Position numbers and translations under genes: made by a program
NCBI GenBank assembly: GCA_951406725.2
Contig: OX597817.1
Span: 102,610,001 to 102,674,000, forward strand
Source: Octopus vulgaris
Lineage: Eukaryota
Direction of reading: 5' to 3'
DNA: 64,000 bases
Notes under the pieces: model-generated
What the model was told of the DNA's origin: nothing
Databases searched by the model: none
Seen by the model: the letters and a program-made list of their open reading frames with translations, nothing else
Shown here: positions 11,747-24,850 of the stretch, piece after piece
Position numbering within the stretch: the first letter of the stretch is position 1
Layout: each line of letters begins with the position of its first letter

Positions 11747-12988
11747 TAAGCTTTATTGTTTCAGTAAGTCTTCAAAATCTTCCGAACAGGTAAATGCAAA
11801 ATATGTTCCAAAATTTAGATTTTGATTTTTGTTTTAATTATTTAATGCACCTTTTTTGTTTTTTTTTTTTGGCTTTAAAATTATTGCATATATGTTCAAC
11901 TGTTATTTTTGTAGATCTAACCATTTTCTTCAGGCAAAGTAATTTCTGATTTCTCGTCATTTTTTCCTTACTAGTTTGAAAACATGTTATCGTATTTTAT
12001 ATTCTGAAACATTTTCAACTCTTATTAAAAAAAAAAAAATCTCTTTTCTCTCCTTTATTATATTTTTACTATGAAGTAAAAGCCAAACAGCACAAGTGCA
12101 TGAGTGAAAAACGAAATTAGAATTTTGAAAAGATAGACATTTTCAGTCGTTTAAAATGTATAAAAGGAATATTATTTTTTGAAGAAATATATAATTGGAC
12201 AAAAAAAATATTACTTGTTTTCCCTTTTGTGTACCCTTTTGCCACAGAAGCACTTTGTTTAATGTAAAATTAAATCAGGTAAAGTAGAAATGAATATATT
12301 ATATCATGCATAAAGAAAAAAATTGTTACAGCGTGGCAAAACTACGAAAATAACTGGAAACAGGGCTTTTTTGACTCCGAATCTGCAAAAAACCCACTTT
12401 TTCGATTCCGAATTTGCAAAAAAAAAAAAAAAATCGGCATTTCAAAAGTTTAATTCAGCCAACCACTATCCCACCCAATTTTTCACATTTTTAAGAAATT
12501 TTTTTTGGCGAGACACGTAGAGAAATACGGAGATTATGGTGCTGAAACAAAATTTTTGTAAAAATAAATACCCTTCCCCTCCGCCAGAAAGTGAACATGT
12601 TGTGGTTGAGAGTATTTTGGAATTGAGAGAGGTATGTAAAATTTAGTTTTTTGGCACACACATACACACGACAACCAAATGACATTCTTTTTTAATTTTT
12701 ACTTTTTTGGTAATTCGTATTTAGAAATGGATCTTCAGTTTGGCTGTTGTTTCTAGCTTTCCGGTTGGAGCGTACTTAAAAATTGAAGATTTAAAAAAAA
12801 CCCAAAACACGTTTTCAAAATTTTCAGTTTCCCCCTCTCCACCCCTCTGGCAAAGAAAAAAAGGGGATGGCAGAAATTAAAATTTTGAAAACGTGATTCA
12901 TCGTTTAGCTGCTGTTTGTAGCATATCGAGTTTTCTGTTTAGATACATTTTGTCTGCTATTTTAGTAGGAGGGGAGGAGTGTTTATTA

Positions 12989-13051
<63 letters not shown>

Positions 13052-13397
13052 GTTTTTGTTTTTTTTTTGGAAAAATTGAAATTTTACAAAACTTTGAGTA
13101 TCACAATCTGAAATGTAGTGCTTAAATTTGTAAAGAAAATTGTGGCGATCTGCCATGGAACAACCACATCGACAAAGATATCGGTGATTACCCACACCTT
13201 GTTTGTGGTGGAATGAGGGCTCACTGTCAGACTCATCTTTAAAGACTCCACATCACCACTTCACCATTTAGGCTATCAGGGCCTCAAGACTGGAGTTCCT
13301 TATTGGATGCTATCCTACTGTTGCTGGTTGAATAGCACCCACCCCCCGACCATGATATTTTAAGCTTCAGGGCCCCAATATTGTAGATCCGCCACTG
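10962..13397. mobile_element. Non-autonomous hAT DNA transposon (2.4 kb, composite)
   Basis: TIRs CAGTGACGGATCTAC / GTAGATCCGCCACTG (14/15); 8-bp TSD cgtctaag / catctaag; subterminal aagcttca(a/g)ggcccc near both ends. Confidence 0.85.
11232..11535 (+). mobile_element. 3' end of an RTE-clade LINE with two C2H2 zinc fingers, nested in the hAT element
   Basis: CRACGRECNSAGGLKRHAKVH and CQFCTRHCRSLAGLKSHIRSQH*, short 3' UTR, (ATGT)n on both sides; same finger type as at the end of the RTE RT at 25870-26850. Confidence 0.7.
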
Positions 13398-13469
13398 CAT
13401 CTAAGAAAGACCACGTTAGATCATGTAGGTTTTAGACACGTTGCGTCTGAATGAAAAATTGCATTGGTT

Positions 13470-14411
13470 GAGTGTAGAACAAAACCACCTCGGACAAAAT
13501 ACTCTCGAACAAAACCCACTAAGTTAAACTGCGAAAGTGAATTTTTTTTCTTCGTTTTGGTTTTTACAGATTTCGACGTTTTCCGTCGCGGAGATTCTGC
13601 TTCTAAAAGTCGGCATTTTGTTTTTCTAAAATTCAGTTTTGATCATGACGATAATGATAAATAAAGTTGAGTTTGTTGTTATTGTTAGTAGTAATGGTGG
13701 TTTTATTGCTAGTCATAGTTTTTGGCGGTGATGATAGTGATAATGATAGTGGTGATGATGGTGGCGGTGATAATGGTAGTGACGACGGTGGTGGTGGCGA
13801 TGATGATGATGAATGTTTCTGACTTGTAAAACGCATCTCTTGAAGTTAATGCCTTCCCTTTTTTATGTTAAAATTCAGAAAATATGTAGATTTGGTAGTA
13901 AAGTCTTTTATGTTCTGTTTATTTTATTCTAATTTATTTTCGATTGATTATATTTTTGTATGGTTAAGAATTGGAATTTTGGAAAACAGAAGTTTTTTCG
14001 CAATCGCAATTTCCGTTTTTGCTTATTTTAAAACTTTAAGGGATTTGGCTGCTATTTCTAGCATGTGGAGAGACCTTCTAGGCTTAACTGCATGTAGTGG
14101 TTGAAAATCACCTACACATGCGCAAATGAGCGACCGAGTTTAAAAACATCCGGAATACTGGCGTGGATGTGAGTAGGGTGGGAGGGTTGCCAACTTTTTT
14201 TTTAAATTTAAATTTTAGAAAGAAACATTTTTCAGAATCCTAATGTTCGAATAAGCGGGCGGGATGCTTATTGTACACATCAACCAAAAATATAACCGAG
14301 GGGGTTTTGTCTGAGGTGGATTTTGTCCTAGGGGGATTTTGTCCTACTGGGGTTTTGTCCTAGGGGGTTTTGTCCTAGGGTCTTTTTCCTGCAGGGTTTT
14401 GTCCGGATCTC
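13470..14411. mobile_element. MULE/MuDR-like MITE with GGACAAAA subterminal tandem repeats
   Basis: Ends GAGTGTAGAACAAAACC / GGTTTTGTCCGGATCTC; arrays of ggacaaaa on the left and ttttgtcc on the right; degenerate 9-bp TSD gcattggtt / gtattgggt. Confidence 0.7.
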
Positions 14412-14520
14412 GTATTGGGTGGTTATGGATGGAACTCTTTTGAACAAAGTTGACCTGGGGTTAAACAACAACTCTAAAAACTTATTAATAAGTTTGAAGT
14501 AACGAGAAAATCGAAGTGTT

Positions 14521-14935
14521 TATCTTTTACTTGTTCCATTCATTTTACTGCGACCATGCCGGGGCACCACCTTGAAGGGTTTTAGTTGAAGAAATCTACT
14601 CCTGGACATATTTTTAAGCCTAGTACTTATTCTATCGGTCTCTTTTGCTGAACCGCTAAGTTACGGGGGACATAAACAATCAGTCCTTCTCCACAAAACT
14701 TCTGGTTTTGTACCTGTCAGACACATTTACAATATAGTGTTGGGGATCTGAATAATCGTTACAGTGTAGGAGATTATTTTGCGACTTACCTTCGGACTCT
14801 CTACGTTCTGAGTTCAAATTTTGGTGAAGTCAGCTTTGCTTTTCATCTTTGGATGATGGGGGGTCGATTAAATAAAGTACCAGTCGACTTTCCCCTCCCC
14901 TCAAGACACCTGACTTTGTGTCAAATATTAGAAAG
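14521..14935. mobile_element. Adjacent SINE fragments: family B 3' part (minus, ~14521-14680) and family A (plus, ~14750-14935)
   Basis: Similarity to the family B and A reference copies in this window. Confidence 0.7.
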
Positions 14936-15420
14936 AAACTAATTCTATTATTGTTGTTGCTGTTGTTCTTTCAGCGACAACAGTAACAGCAGTAGTAATA
15001 ATAGCTCTAATGTTAATGGTGATGATGATGATGATGATGATGATGATGCCGACGACGACGACGACGGCGACGACCATTGTTGTCATAATCACCTCCAACA
15101 GTCTAATTTTTGCAGTGATTTTATTATGACTGCGATCACCAACGAAAGGAAGCCATCATAATCATCGGCATGAACATCAGCAGCAGAAATATTGATAGTT
15201 GTGGTAGTGTAATATTGGTCGTAGTAACAACAATAACAGCAACAACAACAACAACAACAACAACAAGCGAGAGACAACAGAATAACTGTATTATCAGCTC
15301 ACAACTCAACAGACTAATCACACACACACACATCATCATCACTTCCATCCACACCAACACCAGCACCACTACCACAGTCCCCAAATTTACTATTATCAGT
15401 ATTTCTCATACAAATGTGTG

Positions 15421-15484
<64 letters not shown>

Positions 15485-15616
15485 ATTGGCAATGACAGCT
15501 TGCAAAGATTAACAAGATAGTGTCAAAGGAGAGACAATCCGTATGTCGATCTGTTATTTGATAGTATCAAAGCTTTAATCAGCGATTATCTGCGAGCATG
15601 ACCGTAGCCTGTTCAG

Positions 15617-15658
<42 letters not shown>

Positions 15659-16084
15659 CCTCTCTCCCTCTCTCTCTCTCTCTATCTATCTCATCCCTGA
15701 ACCTACGTTGAGTCTGACTCATTCCCATTAAACCGAATAACTTGTCTTCTTAATTGAATAGTAAATCAGACAGACATTTGTCACCTTCTTTTATTCAAAG
15801 TTTTCACCGCTTTTTCTTTCTCTTTCACAATCTCATCGTTTTCTTTTATCCACTTTTACAAATACTAGTACAAAAAAAAAAGAAGAAATATATATATATA
15901 TGCACAAACATACGCCCACGCACACACACATACGTATACATGTATATAAATATATATTACAGTACACGGAGTTTTTGGAACTCCGAATACTGTAATGACA
16001 ATCCTTTACTGTTTTGTTCCAAACTATAACATATAAATAACCCTCTATTTCTCTAAGATCGAGGTCTTATTCTTTTGTTCTTAC

Positions 16085-16199
<115 letters not shown>

Positions 16200-16208
16200 G
16201 TATATATA

Positions 16209-16262
<54 letters not shown>

Positions 16263-16829
16263 CACACTCATTAAAATTTAAACTGCTGAATTTATTATGT
16301 ATTCTGAGAGAACATTAACAATCTTGAAGTGAGCGACAGTTCCCGATTTCTGTTGTTACCTAGAACATTCCCCTTGATTTCGATATCTAAAGGTGCTAAC
16401 CGCTTATACGAAAAGGAAATCCAGATATGACTCCATTGAAATTAACGTTGCCACATTGTCTTGGTTAAATCACGACCCAATCCACCACAATACCAGTGAT
16501 ATACCAGTCTAGATCTCATTAGTAATAAAATGGCAGGAAACAAGTCAAGCAATTTTTAGGTAACTCTCATTCTCTGTTACATAATAATTATAATAAAAAT
16601 ATTACATAAATATCTATTATGTTTCAGTAGAGTGGAAGGCGCTTCAATGAAAACAGAATGGGAGGTATTTGAACTACATTCTTCAACAAGTATGTGGTCG
16701 TTGAATGTTGACACTTTCCTAATTTAGAAATATTCTTGATACCTCCTATCTATAGACGCTACATGCAGCATTTGTTTTTTCCTGCTTCTCATTGGTGAAA
16801 GAGACATATATCAGCTGTTTATTAAAAGA

Positions 16830-17035
16830 ACAAGATGGTAGAATAGTTAGTACAAAATGACTAGCGGTATTTTTTGCAGCTTTACGTTATGAGTTCTGAT
16901 TCCGCCAAGTTCGACTTTGCCTCTCATCCTTTCGGGGTCGGTAAAGTAAGTACTGGTCGAGCACTGGGGGGCAATGTAATAGACTTGCCTCCTCCACCAA
17001 AATGTCAGGCCTTGTACCTATAGTAGAAAAGATTA
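16830..17035 (+). mobile_element. SINE family A copy with probable TSD attaaaag
   Basis: gagttctgattccgccaagttcgactttgcctctcatcctttcggggtcggtaaagtaagtac; attaaaag on both flanks. Confidence 0.75.
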
Positions 17036-17126
17036 AAAGGAGCAAATAGTACAGCTCCGTTTGTATGCTATGATTCCCCACATAGTTGACAGCTAAACTA
17101 TTTATGACTGAGAAGACATTGTAAAG

Positions 17127-17168
<42 letters not shown>

Positions 17169-17953
17169 ATACACACGCACACACACACACACACATACAC
17201 ACACACACATCTTACAAAATTGTAAGAGTTAGAACCAGAATAAAAGTAAGTGTTTCAATAAGCATCATGATTAAATTTATGATAGATTTAATTTACAGTT
17301 GGAGTTATGTCTGAAGTTTGGCTTATGATTAAAATCATTGTTAGTAAAGATGATATAAGCGGGTGTAGATTCTAGTTAAAAAGAGCATTTTTCTAGGAAG
17401 GCTGGTAGGCAATTAGAAGACAGCATTAGAATTTCATAGGTCAACAAAGGAGTGAAAATTTGTTTGGTTCAGCGAGTATGATCAGGCGGATTGTGATAAG
17501 AAGTTGATGAGTCGGCACAGACAGTGCAGCCAGAAGCTTCTAGACAACGCCTAGATAGTAAGTAGCCATGTCGGAAGTGCAGCACATGCTTCCGGTGTTT
17601 CAGCAAGGTTCTAATTTGTTATCTTAAATCCTCAGATATCAACAGAATTTGTCCTAAATGGCACGATCGCTTTAGTTTCAAGAACATGTATGTATACTTG
17701 TTATCTTCGTCGATGAATTTATTAATGTTATAGTCGTATCTTTTTTTTTTTTCTAGTAATTTTTTCTAGTCATTTCTATGATTTCCAATCCTTATATTCT
17801 AAGTATTTTTCGTCTAAAATCTTTAAGAATGATCACTTGTTCTTCCAACGTAGTCGATGGCCAAGTATTCAATAACCTGGTGATTTGTATAATCAGCATC
17901 GTCTTGTGTTGCTGATCAATAAACTAACAAAATGTTTGACCCTGAAATTCTAC

Positions 17954-18149
17954 CTGGGTGTTGTTGGTACCCCAAGCTGGCATAATAAACCACTCATGGC
18001 CACAGTTGTTAGCCTACCTTTGTACAGTACAATACAGTGAGCCACAGCACATTGATCAGCATGATATAAGACACCACAGTAGGTGTTGTTAGTAGTCCAA
18101 CATTGTATAAGACACAAGACGTGGCTGCATTGTAATTTCGTTTCGTTAG
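17954..18149 (-). CDS. Candidate internal exon encoding a Cys-rich, PAN/apple-like extracellular module
   Basis: Acceptor ttttctttcAG at 18151-18150, donor CAG|GTAGAA at 17954/17953; open frame NETKLQCSHVLCLIQCWTTNNTYCGVLYHADQCAVAHC...; unique non-repetitive sequence. Domain assignment is by Cys spacing only. Confidence 0.35.
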
Positions 18150-19158
18150 CTGAAAGAAAAACGAGTTCAACACACTTCATCGAATAAGTTAGTCTTCTTC
18201 ATGAAATATGAATTTAGGCATTACTTAGCATTCTTTCTAATGTTATATGGCAGTCACGATGTCAATGACGCAAGATATTGTATTGCTATGTAAATCAATT
18301 TTGAAAGAAGTAATTAGTTTTTGAAATATATATGTATATTCGTTTTTAGCTCTGTGTTACATAAATCACTTTGTAACTTTGTAATATGTACATCTGTTTG
18401 GGACAGCATAGAGAAATAGGCCCACGGTTATATGAATACATACATACATACATACATACATACACACTGTAAAAAGTTTATTTTTTAAGTATATGTGCAC
18501 ATGTCTAGACATGCAACTATATGCATGAGAATACCTACATAAAACAAAACACTCAAATCTGCACATGCACTGATTCAAAATAATGCACATATACACACAT
18601 ACATGCAAAAATATCCTGTTGATGTTCTTGAATTCCAATGAAGGAGCCTTGTTGGTATGAAATCTTGAAATAAAACTGAACAATGACATACTTAGAGACA
18701 TGCGTGCTTGTCTGTATGTATATAAATATGCGTGCGCCTGTGTATGTGTTGTGTGTATGTAACTTTATTAATAATTGATGTAACATCACTTTTCTGAGTA
18801 TTTTTTCTCCTTTTGCCCTTTTCCTTGATATTTCTAAGTAGCAAATAAAGAATGAATTACTATTATGTTTCCTATGTAATAGCCTAATTATTATTTGTTT
18901 AGCACTGATGAAGGAACCGAGATTAAGTAATCTAACGAACAGAACCATTCAGATGATAAGGTGATTGTCTTACTCTTGTTTGGTAACTCGGGTCATTACT
19001 GGTCACTGCAATCAAGTCGGTTTCGTGGCGATATCTTGTAATCGTGCTTACATACAAAAACTACAGCCTCTCGTAAAGATTTAATGATAAAATATAAGTC
19101 ACAAAGATAGCAATCCACAGCTAAACTATTTAGGACTGAGAAGACATTGTAATGTATT

Positions 19159-19242
19159 ACACACACACACACACAGACACACACACACACACATACACAC
19201 ACACACGCACGCATACATACATACATACATACATACATACAT

Positions 19243-19277
<35 letters not shown>

Positions 19278-19586
19278 TACATACATACATACATACATAC
19301 ATACATACATACATACATACATACATACATACATACATACATACATACATACATACATACATACATACATACATACATACATACATACATACATACATAC
19401 ATACATACATACATACATACATACATACATACATACATACATACATACATACATACATACATACATACATACATACATACATACATACATACATACATAC
19501 ATACATACATACATACATACATACATACATACATACATACATACATACATACATACATACATACATACATACATACATACATACAT
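19159..19586. repeat. Long (ATAC)n / (AC)n microsatellite
   Basis: About 370 bp of near-perfect ATAC repeats preceded by AC repeats. Confidence 0.98.
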
Positions 19587-19992
19587 AGAAAACACAGTCA
19601 TAAACATACGAGCTTTCACACGTACATACACACAGAAAGTTACTGATGTAAAACAATACTATTCACTCAAAGTGTTCTCTTTCTCACATACAGAAACAGA
19701 CAACACATGCGTAGAGAATGTCTTTATTGACTCGTAATTCTATTTACGCAATCAGAAAGATACATAAATAAAGGCGCTTAACGGTACTCACAATATGACT
19801 GAAAGGAAACGCACACACTTTGAAATGAATACAAAGTGCACATACATACAATAACAAACACATACACACACAAAAAAAAACATGTATACCCGCATCCATG
19901 CACAACTAATAAAGCACTAGACAAACGGAAAGAAAGAGTATACATTACGCATGCACATAATCACAACACACACACACACATACATACATAAG

Positions 19993-20034
<42 letters not shown>

Positions 20035-20036
<2 letters not shown>

Positions 20037-20300
20037 CGCGTGGCTTCATGGGTAGTGGAGTTGTATTTACGATCGCAAGATCACGATTTCGATTCCCAAG
20101 CCGGTAGGATGTATTTGTGAGCAAAACCACTTCTTTTCGTGTTGCTTCAGACCCCTTAGCTGTAAATGAGTAACCTAGTGACGGATTGGCATCCCATTCA
20201 AGGGGAATGTTGGCCTGCTCGCCAAGCCACGGGTTGGCATCATTTGGAAGCTAAAACAATGCGAGGAAGTGCATTGTGGCCACATCCGATAATTTGGTCG
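20035..20300 (+). mobile_element. tRNA-derived SINE, family C-related
   Basis: gcgcgtggcttcatgggtagtgg...gatttcgattccc...tgagcaaaaccactt...gctgtaaatgagtaacc. Confidence 0.65.
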
Positions 20301-20692
20301 ACATATTAATACACACACACATACTGCTTATATATGTGTGTGTATGGTGTGTGGCGTATGTGTGTGTGTGTGATATAATCCTTTATATATGGTGCATTCA
20401 CATAACGACCGAATGCACGATTACAGTTAAAATCAAGAAGCCCTAATCACAACCACAGAATCCAAACACATTTACACACTTGCATAAAGCCACGGATAGT
20501 TATGAATTATTACATACACATAATAACAAACGCAAATGCATGAGCATTTACGCATATCAATAAAGTTATGGACAATGTTAAAGAAAGACCGTGGCCTATC
20601 AGATGATATTTCAGGAGCTCTAATCTGCAGTAGGGAGCTTCATCGACAAAATAATTTAGGTCATATATATTTCCAGCTGTGAATAGAAAATA

Positions 20693-20752
<60 letters not shown>

Positions 20753-22050
20753 TACCCTCCATTCCTCTCATTCTCTCCTCTCTTTTTCACTCTCTCACAA
20801 TATACGTGCTCAGACACATACAGTAATACAATTACACTCCTTCTAAATAATTACACATACTCTAAAGAATATTTCACTGATTAGCTTCATTAGATTCAGT
20901 AAAAAGTAAAGAGGGATAGATCTTCGGCCAATGAAGTCAAACTAGGGTGATGGCTCTATGGCAGTCGATACAAAATAGCAAGAAGTTCACGGCAATTTTT
21001 TGTAAGCGAAACGTTTTTCATGGGAATTTGGCGCTTACAACTATTGTACTGTTTTTCAACAAGTTTTTTTTAAAAAGCTAAGAACATCTATTAAACCAGC
21101 CCTTCAGTCATGCACACACGCATGATCACGGCTCACACATATCGACACAGAAATATGCAAATATATGTATATTACACAGCAAAATATGCACCTATATATT
21201 TATAAATGTATATATTACAGATATATATAATACACACACACACGTGTGTGTGTGTATACACATGATTTGATCGTTTCAACCAATTGTGCATTGCTGCCTC
21301 GCGGCTGAGATGCTGTACAAACAGATGTAGATGTGTCTCGTCAGGTGACTTGTTAAAAGGCACCTTATTTTTTAATCTCTGTTTCGTACCTCTGGTGCAC
21401 CACATTTGTTTGTTTAGTATCTCACCTGCGAGGGACCGATGCTCGATGGGTCAAAACGATCGTAGTGTTTAATAAAAAATATTTCGTGAATTCCATTTTC
21501 TTTCTCTTTCTCACATATTTTAAAAACTCTACGGACACGAAAGAATTCCAGAAGTAAATCCAGTGGCATTTACATCCATACTGTGGGTGACATCAGATTG
21601 CCGATTATTGTGAACGGGCTTTAAACGGCATGGTACAAGGTGTACACCCAAATTTAAAATTATCATTAATGCATACACATGTAAATATACATGTGTGTGT
21701 GCTTGTTTGTGAGTGTGTATACGCATGTCCATATGGGTGTGTATGTACTACAAACACACACGCAAAACACACATACACACAAAATACACACATGGTTCGT
21801 TTCGCAACCATGTCCTGTCGGGTTCAGTTTCACTGCGCTCACCTTGGAAACATTTCACATTGAATAAAAACGTATCAAGTTTGAGAACATTCAGCAAGCC
21901 CATCGAATAGTAAAACTTAATGCCCAAAAATTGTAGCATTTTGAAACTCTGCATTGTAGATGATCTAGGAGTAAACTCACTTGCACAGTCTGTGATCGCA
22001 TGACACTTTCAGAAACTAGACTTGGCATCTATGCGATTGCCAGTGGATAC

Positions 22051-22095
22051 TTGTTATTGACGAAGCCTAAGGAGGCAGAAAAACGTAATTAGCAA
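22051..22095 (+). ncRNA. Degenerate minimal hammerhead ribozyme motif (relic)
   Basis: Stem I ttgtta/tagcaa, core TTGACGA, stem II gcc-taagga-ggc, GAAA; stem III and cleavage triplet eroded. Confidence 0.35.
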
Positions 22096-22124
22096 TACCA
22101 CTTTCGCTGCAGTGAAGATGTGTA

Positions 22125-22420
22125 GATTAGTGTTCAGGATATTCGGCTCACAATCATAAAGTTGTGAGTTCGATTACCGGCAGCGTGATGAGTCCTTGAG
22201 CAAGACACTTTATTTGATGTTGCTTCAGTTCACTCAGCAGGAAAAAATGTTTTATGCTTATAATTCAAAGGGGTCACATCCTCTGTCACGCTAAATCTCC
22301 CAGAGATCGTTAAGGTTACGCCTTCCTGTTGACTGCTCAGCCACTTGTACGTTAATTTCACGTGCAGGCTGTTTAGTTGACCGTATCAACTAGAACACAC
22401 ACCGTCGTAAACGATGAGAA
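22125..22420 (+). mobile_element. tRNA-derived SINE, family C
   Basis: gttgtgagttcgattacc...gtccttgagcaagacactttatt...gttcactcagc. Confidence 0.75.
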
Positions 22421-22689
22421 GCCATGTCCAGCAGCTGAACGATTTTCGTCTACTACTGATATATATATATATACATGTTTTTTCAACTTTATACAGCTAT
22501 AAGAGATGCTATCTCGAGACTCTCAACACTGTATCTATTTTAAGCGTGACATACAGATGTCTGTGTATGTGTGTGCGTGCACGCATGTGTGTGTATAGGA
22601 ACCTCATTGAAAAAGACATCTTTATTCCAAATAACGAATTTAAAGTTCCTTATTTGGATTAGGTACGTCTTTACTAATGAGGTTCCTAC

Positions 22690-22930
22690 GCATTTTTCTC
22701 CGTGTTTGGCCGGTCTTGTTGCGATATTTGCTACATTGGAAGCATTGTCTGCAAACTACATATCCACATTAAGAAACAAATATTTCAAGAAAAATCTAAA
22801 GGAATGTCACATTGAAAGACATTACGGCTACTATCAAGGTCACAGAACAGAATATTGGTTCATTAAAGAATTGAATCCATCCATTAACAATAGATGTGAA
22901 CTGTACAAAGCCGATTGCCTTCTATAAGAA
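22690..22930 (+). pseudogene. Eroded C-terminus of a PLE-type GIY-YIG endonuclease
   Basis: ...TEYWFIKELNPSINNRCEL matches the E-x-x-x-I-x-x-x-x-P-x-(L/I)-N terminal motif also seen in ORF2 at 38130-38170 (EKNFIDKFEPKLN). Confidence 0.45.
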
Positions 22931-23624
22931 TACCAGTCTGTGCATGTCGCAACATCTCCTTCCCACATATATATTTGCAAAACATACTATTCTTTATTTT
23001 CTCTGGATAAGAGGATTTTAACTGCAAAATATTGAAATATAATATGAAAGTGTAGACCGTTGTTTAATCTTGTATACTTCTCTTTCCATTTCTTCATTTC
23101 CAGCTTTCATTGTACTCAGGTTTTAAGCAATTTTAACACATGCACACACTAGTACGCTCGTACATATTTACACGTAGAATACATATATGATACACATGTA
23201 TATTTGTATACTCATCCATATGCATATATTCATTTCCATAATCTTATATGTTTGTGTACGTCTGTACATATCTTCCGAATAAGTCGAGATAATCTTTCAA
23301 CCAACGTAGTTAATAAACATAAAATATACAAAGGGAATTTATATATTTATATTTCACAAAAAAAAATACTGCTCTGGTATTTATTCATTCTGTTCTTTAA
23401 TGACTGGAACAGTGGAATAGTAGAAACAGTGAAGTGCCAGGCTAATTACCTTTCAGTATTTAGTTACATGTCTTTACTTTGTGAGTTCAACTTCCACCGG
23501 TGAAATTGACTATACCTAACCACCAAATTCATGGCGTTCTGCCAAAGTAACGAATCGTTATTTTTCCATGTTTATTTTAATCTTCAGATGCACAAGCATT
23601 TAATATTCCTTTACAGCACTGTGC

Positions 23625-24850
23625 TGAGCAGTATTTCGTCTGTCTTTACGTTCTGAGTTCAAATTCCGCCGAGGTCAACTTTATTTTTCGATCTTTCGGG
23701 GTCGATAAATTAAGGACCAGTTGCGTACTGGGGTCGATCTAATCGAATGGGCCCTCTCCCCAAAAATGTTGGGCCTTGTGCCTAGAGTAGAAAAGAATAT
23801 TCTTATACAGCACGGTCTATATGAGAGTTTTGTAAAACAACATGTAAACTCCAGCAAACCGAAACTGTAATGACGTTGAGTGATAATGCACTTTGTCACA
23901 TTATTCCAGGGGTTACAGAGATCGCTGTGTACTTAAAAATTTCACAGAGCAATTACGTGATTTCGGGTTCCATCCACTGTGAGTATACTGAACAAGTGAC
24001 TTCTCCCATAAATCCAGGCGAACCAAAGCCTTGTCAGAGCTAACACTCTTGTTCATCGGTGACAAACTTAATCCGTCGCCCTCTTTAACGTAGTCTACTT
24101 TTATGTGAGTTTAATGATAAATCCTTTGTTGCAAGCCTCCAAGTGAGGTCTCTTGTCTAAGGATAGCTCCTTCCTTTTCGCCTCACCAGTCTCGGTGACC
24201 TTGAAAAGGATTATGAGCGCCGTAGGTCCTTCTTTAAATAACCCTTTAAAAAAAAAATCTCTGGACCTTAAATGAAAGCCTATGATACAATTTAAAGAAT
24301 CGGTAAAGTGTTGGCCAAAATGCCCTGTAAGATTTACTTATGGTGAATTCCAAGGAGGTCAGCTTTGCCTTTCATACTTTCGGGGTCAATAAAATAAGTA
24401 CTAGTTGGGGTCGATGTGATCGACTTACCCCTTCCCCCGAACTCGGGGGCCTTGTTCCAAAATATGAGACCACTTAGTAAGGCGGTGAACTGGCAGAATT
24501 GTCTCCGCGCCGGACAAAATGCTTAGCGGAATTTTTTCCGGTTTTACGTTCTGAGTTCAAATACCGCTGTGGTCGATTTAACCTTTCATCCTTGCGGGTT
24601 CGATAAATTACGCTCTGGATGAGCACTAGCGTCAATGTATTCGATTAACCCCCACCCCTCCCCAAATTTCCGGTCTTGTGCCTATAGTAGAAAGGAATAT
24701 TAACCAATAGCTCTTTTCCTTCTGAGCTTAAATCCCTTCGAGCTCAACTTTACCTTCATCATTCTAGGGTCGATAAAATGTACTAGGGTCAATGGAATCA
24801 ACTGCATTCTCCTCGAAAATAAGAGTTTCTTTTAGCTATGCTTGAAACAA
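23625..24850 (+). mobile_element. SINE cluster: family A at ~23625-23800, ~24290-24470, ~24478-24700 and ~24715-24850, plus a degraded family B head at ~23945-24040
   Basis: Repeated ttctgagttcaaat...ctttcatcctttcggggtcgataaa...ggggtcgat bodies in head-to-tail array. Confidence 0.8.

Larger units (their letters stand above)
10835..14473 (+). mobile_element. Old SINE-like repeat (family D) fragmented into ~10835-10961, 13398-13469 and 14421-14473 by two DNA transposons
   Basis: The joined pieces end gttgacctggggttaaacaacaac, like the copy at 60050-60200 (ctgacctggagtctaaacaacaac). Confidence 0.55.

Noticed and set aside
11930-13170. Possible additional nested DNA element ending in gatctgccatggaacaacc
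   Set aside because: No matching second terminus or TSD found by eye, so not listed as a separate feature
16330-16520. Exon-like segment with a minus-strand donor (AG|GTAACA)
   Set aside because: All three minus frames contain stops
18996-19656. Long ORFs of MYVC/YIHT repeats (similar ones at 27870-30118, 32657-33065 and 42610-43525)
   Set aside because: Microsatellite translations, not genes
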